Positions 36,920-46,981 of a stretch of 64,000 nt of DNA are shown piece by piece. Numbering within the stretch: the stretch's first letter is position 1; every line of letters begins with the position of its first letter. The notes beneath the pieces were generated by a model that saw nothing but the letters and a program-made list of their open reading frames with translations, did not search any database and had not been told where the DNA came from. The DNA is from a virus. Lineage: Duplodnaviria > Caudoviricetes. Location of the stretch: IMG/VR virus record IMGVR_UViG_2718218017_000002, positions 1 to 64,000 of that record; one strand, given 5' to 3'. The position numbers were made by a program, and so were the translations under genes.

Positions 36920-37123
36920 ATGACTAACTATGAATGCTATTTTGGATCACCGGAAAGGGCATTAGATTCTTTAACTCTACTTCTTGAATTTCCAGATCAT
37001 CCAAGGCAAGAGGTAAGAGAATTCCAAAAAGAAGTTAAAGAAATGGGAGCAGCTAGATGGCTGGAAAGTGAATGTATAAATCAAAGGTGGTGGAAAAATA
37101 CACCATTTATAAAAAATAAATAG
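36920..37123 (+). CDS. hypothetical phage protein
   Basis: MTNYECYFGSPERA...WLESEC. Confidence 0.55.
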   Translation: MTNYECYFGSPERALDSLTLLLEFPDHPRQEVREFQKEVKEMGAARWLESECINQRWWKNTPFIKNK

Positions 37124-37478
37124 TTCGTAATCCAAAGACTTTGTAATAAACTCAAATACCAGGGATTTAATAACCCCTGGTACAAAGAGTAACTATTCGA
37201 AAGTAAAAAATAAATATGGAGATTAAAATAATGCTTTATGAATAGTATGTCCTGAATTGGATTTATTATACAGGGAATTTGATATAAATTATAGATTAAT
37301 TGAAATTTCAAGCAGAATTAAACACCGGGGATTATCCATCCCCGGTATAATGAAAAAAATGATGGCTATATTCAGGAGTAAATGCAAAATATAAAAATAT
37401 TCATACGAAAGAGGTTTCGCATGAATAGGGTATGTAAAATTAGGTTTATTATACTGGAAATTTAAAGAAGGTGAGTAG

Positions 37479-37640
37479 ATGGAGCATTTAATAAAATTAG
37501 GTTATACGTTCATAGGAGTATGGGTTCTGTTGAGTATAGTTGGGATAATAGGCTTTTATATAGTTGTTAGGAATTGCAAGAAGGAAAGTGCTAAGAGTTA
37601 TAAGAATCTTAAAAAGGAGTGGGACAGGCATGGGAGGTAA
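37479..37640 (+). CDS. 53-aa single-pass membrane protein (not in ORF track)
   Basis: Hydrophobic LGYTFIGVWVLLSIVGIIGFYIVV then Lys-rich tail; AGGTG RBS. Confidence 0.55.
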   Translation: MEHLIKLGYTFIGVWVLLSIVGIIGFYIVVRNCKKESAKSYKNLKKEWDRHGR

Positions 37641-37662
37641 ATAAGTTAAGGAGGAATAGCTT

Positions 37663-37863
37663 ATGTGCCAATATTGTGACGGTGAATATGGAAAAGGTAT
37701 TCTTGTAAATAAAAGCCCTGACAGTAAAAAAACACAACCTAATGAAGCTGTAATATTTCAACTGAAAGGTGATAAACCCAGAATAGTATTATTTAGGCAT
37801 AGACTTGCACAAGGACATTTTAAGATAAAGTATTGTCCTATATGCGGTAGAAAGTTAGTTTAA
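37663..37863 (+). CDS. small zinc-finger phage protein
   Basis: MCQYC...IKYCPICGRKL. Confidence 0.7.
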   Translation: MCQYCDGEYGKGILVNKSPDSKKTQPNEAVIFQLKGDKPRIVLFRHRLAQGHFKIKYCPICGRKLV

Positions 37864-37888
37864 AAGTGAATGGGCATGGAGGGATTGT

Positions 37889-38503
37889 ATGGAAGTAATG
37901 GCAGAACGTAAACATATAGATTTAACCAAACACTGTAAAGTGAGATATGTAGAAAGAGTGAAAGGTATAACTGGTAACTTTGCTGTCCAGGAATATGTAG
38001 CAGCCAATAATGAAAGGATAATACAGGATGTAAATAAGATATTTACTTATTCTGATTTCTTGACAGAAGACCAAATAGGAGGAGATAAAACCACCAAAAG
38101 GTTTTATATAAAAGATGATATACTCCTTGTTTTGAGGAGTGATGAATCGGCAATAATTACCTTGATTAAAGTTGACTTTGGTTTTCCAGTAAAAACTAAT
38201 AGAAATATTGTTAAGGACCTTCTGGTGGAAATAAATTTATTGAAAGAAGATTTAGAGGAAAATGAAAGGTCCATAGTCGATTATGTAAATGCCAGAACTC
38301 TGGAAAGGGAAAGGTATTTTGATAAAATCCAACTGCTGCAAGAAGAAATTAATTCTCTTAACCTGACCATAAAACAGATTGATGTTGATATAGAGAAAAA
38401 GAAAGAGAGCACCAAGGTTTCAAAACTTAAATTAAAAGAATATGTCAATATGATTTGTAATTCTAGGGCTTTTAAGGATGATTTGAAGCAGATGGGTAAG
38501 TAG
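37889..38503 (+). CDS. hypothetical phage protein with coiled-coil tail
   Basis: LTKHCKVRYVERV N-terminus, long coil. Confidence 0.7.
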   Translation: MEVMAERKHIDLTKHCKVRYVERVKGITGNFAVQEYVAANNERIIQDVNKIFTYSDFLTEDQIGGDKTTKRFYIKDDILLVLRSDESAIITLIKVDFGFPVKTNRNIVKDLLVEINLLKEDLEENERSIVDYVNARTLERERYFDKIQLLQEEINSLNLTIKQIDVDIEKKKESTKVSKLKLKEYVNMICNSRAFKDDLKQMGK

Positions 38504-38549
38504 AGGCGTAACATAATCAACAATAAGATTTTAGGGGAGGAATTAAATA

Positions 38550-39068
38550 ATGGATGAAATGAAATTCATTGAGATGGAAGAAAAACTCCGGAACTATTTT
38601 AATAAGGATAAGAAAATTAGTGTACTGAATAAAAAGTTAGAAGTTTTAAAAAGTCAGATAGATGTAATAGAGTACAAACTTAAGAATGTTGCAGTAGACC
38701 TCCCCGAAGAATCACGTTCAATGGTATATGAAGAAAGAGTCCAGACAAGTCCTACAGGTGAAAGTTATGCCGAGAGGACTTTGCTGCGTATAACGGATAA
38801 ATTGATTAAGGAGCAGTCATGGAAGAGAGAACAGGTTGCAAATATAGAGGAAACTTTAAGGAATATGGAAGCAGATAATGCTGTTATTGAAGCTAATATT
38901 AAAGATTTAAGAATTGAGGACCAGGAGTTTTTGAAATATAAGTATAAGTACAAGAAAACAGATTTGCAGGTTGGAGTAAAATTTAATATGTCTCCAGGGG
39001 GAGTTACAAAGAGAAGGCATAGGTTGATTGAGAATATAGTTAACTGGGATATGTGGATTAGTGCCTAA
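38550..39068 (+). CDS. late transcription activator (ArpU/RinA-like)
   Basis: End of early region; C-terminal HTH-like QVGVKFNMSPGGVTKRR; heptad repeats downstream. Confidence 0.7.
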   Translation: MDEMKFIEMEEKLRNYFNKDKKISVLNKKLEVLKSQIDVIEYKLKNVAVDLPEESRSMVYEERVQTSPTGESYAERTLLRITDKLIKEQSWKREQVANIEETLRNMEADNAVIEANIKDLRIEDQEFLKYKYKYKKTDLQVGVKFNMSPGGVTKRRHRLIENIVNWDMWISA

Positions 39069-39115
39069 TTACTAAGTCGACATAGTTATTAAAATTTATA
39101 AAACAATTATTATAT

Positions 39116-39145
39116 GTATAAGAATAAAAATAATTTACAATACTA
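39116..39145 (+). promoter_or_regulatory. possible sigmaG/F-type promoter
   Basis: GTATA-N17-CAATACTA upstream of the DUF3231-like gene. Confidence 0.35.
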
Positions 39146-39181
39146 ATTTTATAAATATTTTTATGTTAGGAGGTTATATAA

Positions 39182-40186
39182 ATGGGGAACACCACAAAAA
39201 CGCCATTAGTTGCATCAGAAATATCAGGTATTTGGAACTCTTATATGGCTGGAAATCTAGTTGGACGCATAGTTAGATATTTTTCCAACAGAGTTGATGA
39301 TGATGAAATTCGTGATATTTTACAGTATGCTCTAAATTTATTTAATCAGCGTATTGAAGTATTAACTAATTTATTTAATCAAGAGAAACTACCTTTACCA
39401 GAAGGTATTACAGACAGCGATATTGATGTAAATGCTCCACGTTTATTTTCTGACACTCTCTACTTGCAGTATATAGCATATGAGGCAAAATCAGCAGTGC
39501 GTAGCTATAGTGTGATTTTAGGTCATGTGACACGTCCTGATATTAGAGATTATTTCTCAAAATGCATTCAAGAAAGTACTGACGTCTATAACAGGGCGGC
39601 AGAACTGGGCTTATCAAAGGGTATTTTTATTAAAGCACCTCGGATAGAAGTACCTAAAAAAGTTGAATATATAAAAAGTAAAAGTTTTATTTTAGATAGT
39701 TTTGGAAAGAAGAGAGCTTTACTTGCAGATGAAATAACGGACATTGTTTCTATCACCAATGATACCGTGATAAGAAGAGCTTTACTAGTTGGTTTTAATC
39801 AAGTGTGTAAAGACAAAAAAGTTTGTAATTATATATCAAGAGTTATAAATCTTGCAACTAAACAAAATGATGGTTTTAATTCATTCTTAGTAGATGAAGT
39901 TATTCCAATTGGAAGCTCTTCGGATTCATATGTAACTGACTCAACAATTTCACCATTTTCAGAGAAACTTATGTTAAGTAAAGTTTCTCTAATGTATAGG
40001 TTAAAGATAGGTAGTATAGGGCTAGCATTGGCAAATATAATGAGAAGTGACTTGAAGGCTACATATAGAAAATATTTAGATGAAGCTATGGAGTATTCTA
40101 AAGATGGTGTAAATATCATGATTGATAATGAATGGTTTGAACAGCCCCCACAGGCAATAAACCATGAAAATTTGGTAGGAGTTTGA
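39182..40186 (+). CDS. DUF3231-family protein
   Basis: PLVASEISGIWNSYM, KGIFIKAPRI, STISPFSEKLM, GWFEQPPQA-like ending. Confidence 0.8.
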   Translation: MGNTTKTPLVASEISGIWNSYMAGNLVGRIVRYFSNRVDDDEIRDILQYALNLFNQRIEVLTNLFNQEKLPLPEGITDSDIDVNAPRLFSDTLYLQYIAYEAKSAVRSYSVILGHVTRPDIRDYFSKCIQESTDVYNRAAELGLSKGIFIKAPRIEVPKKVEYIKSKSFILDSFGKKRALLADEITDIVSITNDTVIRRALLVGFNQVCKDKKVCNYISRVINLATKQNDGFNSFLVDEVIPIGSSSDSYVTDSTISPFSEKLMLSKVSLMYRLKIGSIGLALANIMRSDLKATYRKYLDEAMEYSKDGVNIMIDNEWFEQPPQAINHENLVGV

Positions 40187-40356
40187 TATAGGAAAATGTA
40201 GTAAATATAAATATTAGTATGGTATATTCAGATTACAATGAAATTTTATAAATTATAATGTCTGTATTGATACTAAGAACTAAATGATTTTTTAAATACT
40301 GTATTATTCAAAACTGAATTTTACAGTGTCTTTATACTTGTAAAACAGAAATATTA

Positions 40357-40452
40357 GGAATTATTCAGGAATTAAGGTGGAATTAAACAGGAATTAAAAT
40401 GGAATTAGATTGGAATTAAAATATTGAAAAAATGTAGTATAATAGTTATAAT
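40357..40452 (+). promoter_or_regulatory. late promoter with six GGAATTA activator repeats
   Basis: GGAATTA at 40357, 40368, 40379, 40390, 40401, 40412 (11-bp period); TTGAAA-N17-TATAAT at 40424-40452. Confidence 0.75.
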
Positions 40453-40509
40453 GAGAATGTCAGGGATTATACTGATAGTAACTTATAATAAATCTTTCAA
40501 TTTACTTAT

Positions 40510-40556
40510 GCCTCTAGCCCCGAGGTTAAATAGGGCTGCCAATGCGGGAAACTGCA
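40510..40556 (+). ncRNA. candidate small structured RNA (H-type pseudoknot plus GNRA hairpin)
   Basis: GCCUC/GAGGU stem; loop UAGCCC pairs with GGGCUG; then UGCGG-GAAA-CUGCA. Confidence 0.35.
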
Positions 40557-40591
40557 AATAAAAATTATACTATATATGTGTATATATCGGA

Positions 40592-40621
40592 AATAAGCAC
40601 TGGTAGGAACTAGTGCTTATT
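40592..40621. terminator. bidirectional terminator
   Basis: AATAAGCACT...AGTGCTTATT. Confidence 0.7.
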
Positions 40622-40680
40622 CTTATTTGAAATTTGTACCGGTTTACACTTAGTACATTTATGGAGTTTTCAATACTCTT

Positions 40681-40980
40681 TTAATACCAATCCCAATACC
40701 ATTCGTAATAGCATGGGTAAGGTGGGTAAGGTCTGCATCTTCTACGTCTACGTCTTCTACGTCTACGTCTTCTACGCCTGCGCCCTCTTTGTCTATAAAA
40801 GTCATCATCATCAAAATCATCGTCATCAAAATCATCATCTATATCTGAGTCTAAATATTCATCGTCTATTGATCGATTATAAGGTGTTGATAAGTATGGA
40901 CAATATATAGGAGCGTTAAAGTCATAGGAATTTTCAACTGTTTTGTTATTTTTGTTGTCACTAGAGTTGCTAATACTCAT
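40681..40980 (-). CDS. small Asp/Arg/Tyr-rich, spore-coat-like protein
   Basis: Acidic DDDFDDDD block, 15-Arg run, CRPYPPYPCYYEWYWDWY tail; GGAGG RBS. Confidence 0.65.
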   Translation of the reverse strand: MSISNSSDNKNNKTVENSYDFNAPIYCPYLSTPYNRSIDDEYLDSDIDDDFDDDDFDDDDFYRQRGRRRRRRRRRRRRRRRCRPYPPYPCYYEWYWDWY

Positions 40981-41010
40981 GAAGTACCTCCGAAAATTTA
41001 TTTACAATGC

Positions 41011-41038
41011 ATACTATGAGTAAAATATCAAATCTGTG
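41011..41038 (-). promoter_or_regulatory. sigmaK-type promoter
   Basis: Minus strand CACA-N16-CATAGTAT matches the mother-cell sigmaK consensus. Confidence 0.55.
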
Positions 41039-41225
41039 AATAAGAGTTAAGAATTATTAGAAGGTGTATAAATATTAAAATTAGAGCATATATATAAATA
41101 TAAGTGTAACTAAACTCCGGATAGTTACTTGCTATGAGTATATCTGTTTAACATATCTCCTTTTTACACTAATATTTAAATTTCAAATATACTCTTTTTA
41201 CGTAAAAAAGAAATAGGTGATGGAT

Positions 41226-41387
41226 ATGAAGATAAGAGACATTATAGAAGAAAAGCTTAATCAGGATAAAAAACTAAATAAAGATAAATTAAGGAGAGGC
41301 GAATACCTCTCCTTTTCTGATATAGAAAAATTAATGCGGCATGAGTGTTACAGGAGGGTTAAGGGTGCTGTTAGGAGGATGAGGTAG
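41226..41387 (+). CDS. 53-aa hypothetical protein (not in ORF track)
   Basis: LSFSDIEKLMRHECYRRVKGAVR; AGGTG RBS. Confidence 0.5.
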   Translation: MKIRDIIEEKLNQDKKLNKDKLRRGEYLSFSDIEKLMRHECYRRVKGAVRRMR

Positions 41388-41862
41388 TAATGGAAATAAT
41401 ACAGGGAATTATAGAAATAATTGACACTAGATGGATGAAGTGATATACTTACTAAGTTACGCAAACGTAATTACTTAGAAAATCGTGTGGAATAAAAGTT
41501 TCTGCATAATGAGGATGAAATCATGAATATGGTCTTTATGCTTGTGGTTGTAGGGCATGTAAAATATAAATGCAACTACCATTAAATTTTTAGATATCTA
41601 TTAATTTAGATATCTATATTTTTATATAGAAATAAATCTTATAAGTTGATACATCCTATTATATGGTAAGAGGTGATTTACTTGGGACGTAGAAATAATA
41701 AAGGGAAGAATAAAGAATTAACTGATTTTAGTTATTTACTTAATAAAGATGAAAAGAAGAATGATAATAATAAAATAGAAAAGGGCGATAAAAAGGACGA
41801 TTAATTTCGTTCTTTTCTTATGTCCAAAACAAAACGAATAGGCAGGTGGTGACAATGTAGAG

Positions 41863-42744
41863 ATGGCAGATAAGGAAACCGTAAGAAAAGAGTATGAAAC
41901 TGGAAAGTATACTTTTAAGCAGCTGGCAAATAAATTTAATATAAGCCAGGGAACTATAAAAAGTTGGGCTAAGAGGGATAAAGATAATGGACAACCATGG
42001 AAAAAGGTTGCAACCAAAACAAAAAACCAAAACAAAAAGGTTGCAACCAAAAAAGAAGTTGCAGAGAAAGAAAAAGAGCCTGTTTTTGAGGAAGTTGAGG
42101 AGGTATTAAATAACCCTGAACTTACCGATAAACAAAGGCTTTTTTGTATTTATTACTCCAAACGATTTAATGCCACCAAGGCCTATCAGAAAGCATATGG
42201 ATGTGATTATATAACTGCTAATACCAATGGACCTCGGTTGCTTGTAAATGCTTGTATAAAAGAAGAAGTACAAAAATTAAAACAAGGGAAACTTAACAGG
42301 GCAATGCTAAGTCCAGATGATATATTTCAGAAGTATTTAGATATAGCTTTTAGTAATGTGACCGACTATATTTCATTTGGACAAAAAACTATGACTATGA
42401 GAGATAAGAAAACAGGAGAGCCTTTATTGGATAATGAAGGCAATAAAATAGAATATCAATACAGCTATGTTGACTTTAAAGAATCCGACCAGGTAGATGG
42501 CTCCTTAATAAGTGAAGTTAAGCAGGGCAAGGATGGCGTAAGTATAAAACTCCATGATGCAATGAAAGCCCTTGACTGGCTGTCAAAGCATATGGATATG
42601 GCAACAGAAGAACAGAGGTTGAGAATGGAAAAACTTAGGGCTGAGATTGAGAAGGCTAAAGGTGATGGTGAACATGATGAAGCTAAGACATGGGCTGATA
42701 AAGTTCAAGAAATAGCATCAAAGAGGCGTGGCCAAGATGGATAA
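41863..42744 (+). CDS. terS: terminase small subunit with N-terminal HTH
   Basis: LTDKQRLFCIYYSKRFNATKAYQKAYG, GVSIKLHDAMKALDWL. Confidence 0.9.
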   Translation: MADKETVRKEYETGKYTFKQLANKFNISQGTIKSWAKRDKDNGQPWKKVATKTKNQNKKVATKKEVAEKEKEPVFEEVEEVLNNPELTDKQRLFCIYYSKRFNATKAYQKAYGCDYITANTNGPRLLVNACIKEEVQKLKQGKLNRAMLSPDDIFQKYLDIAFSNVTDYISFGQKTMTMRDKKTGEPLLDNEGNKIEYQYSYVDFKESDQVDGSLISEVKQGKDGVSIKLHDAMKALDWLSKHMDMATEEQRLRMEKLRAEIEKAKGDGEHDEAKTWADKVQEIASKRRGQDG

Positions 42745-44146
42745 TGGACTTATAACTCTACTTGATAATTATTGGGATAATCCTGTATGGTTCGCTGAGG
42801 ATATGCTTAAATTCCATGCTGACAAATGGCAGTCTGACGTACTTATGGCACTGGCCGGCAATCCAAAAGTAAGTGTAAGGTCAGGACAAGGAGTAGGAAA
42901 AACAGGACTTGAGAGTATAGCTGTTACCTGGTATTTATGTACAAGACCATTCCCAAAAGTTATAGCTACAGCACCTACAAGACAACAGTTGTATGATGTG
43001 CTTTGGGCAGAAATATCAAAGTGGCTATCTGGAAGTATGGTTGATAGATTACTCCAGTGGACCAAAACAAAAGTATATATGAAAGGTTATGAGGAAAGAT
43101 GGTGGGCTACTGCAAGAACTGCTGTAAAACCTGAAAACATGCAGGGATTTCATGAGGATTATATGCTCTTTGTTGTTGATGAAGCTTCTGGTGTTTCTGA
43201 TCCAATTATGGAAGCTATACTTGGTACTCTTTCAGGATATGAAAATAAACTTCTCATGTGTGGAAACCCTACTAGAACCAGTGGAACATTTTACGACAGC
43301 CATAACAGAGACAGGGATTTATACAGGACTTTTAAAGTATCATCCTTAGATAGCCCTAGAACCTCTCAGGATAACATTGAAATGCTTAAAAGAAAGTATC
43401 TTGAAGATTCTGATGTGTACAGAGTCAGGGTGCTTGGAGAATTTCCAAAGGGTGAATCTGATGCACTTATTCCACTTGAATATGCTGAAACTGCTACAAG
43501 TACAAAGGTGAGTATAAAAGACTGTTTTACTTTTAACCTAGGAGCCGATATTGCCAGGTTTGGTAATGATAATACTGTTTTGGCTCCACGAATAGGGAAC
43601 AGGGTATTTCAACTAAAGGAATATAGCAAGAAAGATACTATGGAAACCAGTGGGAACATATTGAGAACTGTAGATAATTTTAAGAATGAATACCACCAGA
43701 TTAATAAAGTTAGAATTAAGATTGATGATGATGGATTAGGTGGAGGAGTAACTGATAGGCTAAATGAAGTTATAAGACAAGAAAGGCTTGGTTATGAGGT
43801 TATTCCTATTAAAAATGGTGCAAAGGCAGATGATGATGAACATTATTCAGATAAATCTGCAGAGATGTGGGGAAATATGAGAGATATTCTTGAAGAGAAT
43901 TTTACTAATTTTGTACAAGGAAGAACTCCTACTATAGAGCTTCCTAACAATGAGAAATTAATTAAGCAGCTGTCAAATAGAAAATACAAGATTGACTCAA
44001 AAGGCAGGATAGATCTTGAACAAAAGGAGCAGATGAAAAAGAGGATAGGAGAATCTCCTGACTGTGCAGATGCAGTAATATATTCATTCGCTGAAAATGG
44101 CAATAGTGATTTATCTTTGTTGAAAGGGGTGAGAATATGGGGTTAA
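42728..44146 (+). CDS. terL: terminase large subunit
   Basis: RSGQGVGKT, VVDEA, CGNP, GADIARFGND, GESPDCADA. Confidence 0.9.
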   Translation: MAKMDNGLITLLDNYWDNPVWFAEDMLKFHADKWQSDVLMALAGNPKVSVRSGQGVGKTGLESIAVTWYLCTRPFPKVIATAPTRQQLYDVLWAEISKWLSGSMVDRLLQWTKTKVYMKGYEERWWATARTAVKPENMQGFHEDYMLFVVDEASGVSDPIMEAILGTLSGYENKLLMCGNPTRTSGTFYDSHNRDRDLYRTFKVSSLDSPRTSQDNIEMLKRKYLEDSDVYRVRVLGEFPKGESDALIPLEYAETATSTKVSIKDCFTFNLGADIARFGNDNTVLAPRIGNRVFQLKEYSKKDTMETSGNILRTVDNFKNEYHQINKVRIKIDDDGLGGGVTDRLNEVIRQERLGYEVIPIKNGAKADDDEHYSDKSAEMWGNMRDILEENFTNFVQGRTPTIELPNNEKLIKQLSNRKYKIDSKGRIDLEQKEQMKKRIGESPDCADAVIYSFAENGNSDLSLLKGVRIWG

Positions 44147-45657
44147 AGTCTTTTATTAAAAGTGTAAAATTGAAACTGCTGAATCCGAAGGGTGAGCAGA
44201 TGCGTATATCTGGTGGAGCTGCTACATCAACATATCAATTGGATAGTTCACAGGTGGATTATGAACTTGCAAGGCAATTATATCAGAATAATAATGACGA
44301 CTATAAATTGGGTGCTCCTTTTGTAAGACCTATAATAAATTCCACTGTAGGTTTTATGGGGGTGCCTCATTTTGATTGTGAAGATGATGCAGCTCAAGAA
44401 ATACTGGATAGTTTTGCACTTGATAATACATCTAATATGCTTAAGACCCATACTGATGCCTTGAAGCTTGGGGATAGTTACGTATGGATTACAAGGGAAG
44501 AGGCTGTAAATCCACTATACCCCGATAAACCTAATAGATTGGTTTATAATTTTATCCCTCCAGAGCAAATTAAGGATATATTACTTGATCCAACTACCGG
44601 AGAACCAACCGCATATATTTTAAAAAGCCACCAGGAATGGCAGGATATAGAGAGCAATAAATTTAAATGTGATATTAATCAAGCCATAACAGCAACGGAG
44701 AGGACGATACAAATAACAGGAGATACTCCAGAAGGAATACAAGCAGGTACAATACCTAATCCTTGGGGTTTTGTCCCTATAATCCATTTTAAAAATGAAC
44801 CTGATGAAACACTAAAGTATGGGCAGAGTGATATTGAGCCTATAGAACCGTTACTAAAAGCCTATCATGATGTTATGCTCCATGCATTAAAAGGAAGTAA
44901 GATGCACAGTACACCTAAGCTGAAATTGAAACTTAAAGATGTAAAAAAATTTCTTGCTAATAACTTTGGTATAGAAGATCCGGAAAAGTTTTCAAAAGAT
45001 GGTGGAAAAATAAACTTAAATGGTAATGAAGTTTTATTTATGACAAGTGATGAAGATGCAAGTTTTGTAGAGGTTAATAGTGCCACAGGTGATGCAAAGG
45101 TACTCTTAAGCCTCTTATTTTATTGTATTGTTGATGTTAGTGAAGTCCCTGAATTTGTATTTGGGGTACATACTCCAAGTGCTCTTGCCAGTGTAAAAGA
45201 GCAGATGCCTATAATGGCCAATAAGATAAGGCGTAAAAGAGAACAATTCACAGAGCAATGGCGTATGCTTGCAAGAATGGTACTTATAATGTTTGCTCAA
45301 TCTACGGGTGGTAGTTTTGCAAGTTATGATGTTACCTTAGGATGGGATGAAGTCACTCCTAAGGATAATAAGGAAAGTGCTGAAACTCTTAACTATATTG
45401 CAACTGCACTTGAAACTGCACTTACAGGAGGATTTATTTCTGTTGAGTCTGCTGCTAATTTCCTTTCAGGATATGTTGATACCATGAGTGATTACATATC
45501 TAGTGATGAGGGGATAGTTGGAGAGAGAGAAAAGATTATTAAAGACAAGATGCTTAATTTCAGGATGCAGGATTCAGGCGGCCTTGAGGATGAAAAGAAA
45601 AAACTTGATGTTGAGATAAATAATTCAAGTACTCAGGAGGGTACTGTAGATGAGTAA
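44137..45657 (+). CDS. portal protein (SPP1 gp6-like)
   Basis: Follows terL; WGFVPIIHFKNE...YGQSDIE. Confidence 0.85.
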   Translation: MGLKSFIKSVKLKLLNPKGEQMRISGGAATSTYQLDSSQVDYELARQLYQNNNDDYKLGAPFVRPIINSTVGFMGVPHFDCEDDAAQEILDSFALDNTSNMLKTHTDALKLGDSYVWITREEAVNPLYPDKPNRLVYNFIPPEQIKDILLDPTTGEPTAYILKSHQEWQDIESNKFKCDINQAITATERTIQITGDTPEGIQAGTIPNPWGFVPIIHFKNEPDETLKYGQSDIEPIEPLLKAYHDVMLHALKGSKMHSTPKLKLKLKDVKKFLANNFGIEDPEKFSKDGGKINLNGNEVLFMTSDEDASFVEVNSATGDAKVLLSLLFYCIVDVSEVPEFVFGVHTPSALASVKEQMPIMANKIRRKREQFTEQWRMLARMVLIMFAQSTGGSFASYDVTLGWDEVTPKDNKESAETLNYIATALETALTGGFISVESAANFLSGYVDTMSDYISSDEGIVGEREKIIKDKMLNFRMQDSGGLEDEKKKLDVEINNSSTQEGTVDE

Positions 45658-46981
45658 GGAAATAGACGAGCTTAAAAAGATAGCAGGCGATTACAAGACA
45701 TGGGCACTTAAAGCTAGAAGTAAGTATATAGACCTGAGACTTAACAATGAAACTGAAATAAGAGCATTGTATGTAAGACTTGTCCATGATATATCTAATG
45801 AGCTTAAAAAAGAAGGTACCTCTAAGATTAGGAGAAGACAACTGGAAACTCTCATTACTGCTCTTAAGAAACAGCAGGATAAACTGGAAGGCCAGCTCAC
45901 TATGAATCTTGAAAAATATATCAAGGCAAATGCAGAAGCAGCTACAAAATATGCAAAGGCGATAGATATTAAAGTAGTTCAGGAAGCTGGAGTATCTAAG
46001 GTATCTACATCCAAGGTTAGGGAACTGTATTTCAGTTCCAACCAAAGAGCTATTGAAGCATGTTGGGCAAGGTTACATAAGGGATTATATCTTTCAGACA
46101 GGATATGGACAAAGTCAAAGAGATACAGGGAGAATATAACTGAGATAATCCAGAGTGCAGTAGCCGAGGGGCAAGATTGTGTAAAGACTGCCAGGATGCT
46201 TGAGAAGTATGTGAGAACTGGCAAAAAAACATTGGCAAAGCAATATCCTAACATGATGAAAAGAATGGGAAACAGGGTACCAGAGGATATATGTTATGAA
46301 TCTCTAAGACTTGCAAGAACTGAAATGACTGCTGCATATGGCGAGGCTACAATTCAAAGTGCTATGGTAAGTCCTTCATGCAGTGGAGTAAAGTTTATAT
46401 TATCAGGTTCTCACCCTAAGTATGATATATGTGACCATATATGCGGTATTGATGATTATGGACTTGGAATTGGTTGTTATCCAGTTGATAAAGCTCCTGC
46501 ATATCCTTTTCACCCGAATTGCCTTTGCGTAACACTTACAATAAATGAAAACCCCAGTGATTTTGTTGACAGGCTTAAAAGGTGGAATAAGAATCCAGGA
46601 AGTGAACCGGGACTTGAGCAGTGGTATCAGAATATTTATAAGAAATCTTCTATGTATATTGATGATATTAGCAAAATACCTTATAATGGTATTAAGAGAG
46701 TAGATAGCAAAGGTAAGATTCCGGCAGAAACTACACCTAATTCTGTTATAGATAAATTAGGTAAAGATGGCAAAGTTAATAATAGAACTATATATGATAA
46801 TGAAGGTAAAATGAAAACACAAATAAATCCAACCAATCATGGAAATCCCAAGATGCACCCATATGGTAAAAATGGAGAACATGCGCATGATATCATCTGG
46901 GAGAATGGTAAGATAGTCGGAAGACATGCGAGAGAATTAACCGAAAAGGAAAGAAAAATTCACAAAGATATATTGGAGTGA
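45650..46981 (+). CDS. MuF minor capsid protein with C-terminal toxin domain
   Basis: RLARTEM, CDHIC, PFHPNCLC MuF core, then ~130-aa extension with TNHGNPKMHPYGKNGEHAHD. Confidence 0.8.
   Translation: MSKEIDELKKIAGDYKTWALKARSKYIDLRLNNETEIRALYVRLVHDISNELKKEGTSKIRRRQLETLITALKKQQDKLEGQLTMNLEKYIKANAEAATKYAKAIDIKVVQEAGVSKVSTSKVRELYFSSNQRAIEACWARLHKGLYLSDRIWTKSKRYRENITEIIQSAVAEGQDCVKTARMLEKYVRTGKKTLAKQYPNMMKRMGNRVPEDICYESLRLARTEMTAAYGEATIQSAMVSPSCSGVKFILSGSHPKYDICDHICGIDDYGLGIGCYPVDKAPAYPFHPNCLCVTLTINENPSDFVDRLKRWNKNPGSEPGLEQWYQNIYKKSSMYIDDISKIPYNGIKRVDSKGKIPAETTPNSVIDKLGKDGKVNNRTIYDNEGKMKTQINPTNHGNPKMHPYGKNGEHAHDIIWENGKIVGRHARELTEKERKIHKDILE

Noticed and set aside
40735-40845. Short tandem repeats as a CRISPR or microsatellite switch
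   Set aside because: They are codon repeats encoding the poly-Arg and poly-Asp tracts. No repeat-spacer array or cas gene was seen anywhere in the window.
41400-41800. Hairpins, AGATATCT palindromes and a 40-aa basic ORF before terS
   Set aside because: Could include the pac region or sporulation promoters, but no consistent pattern could be supported by eye.
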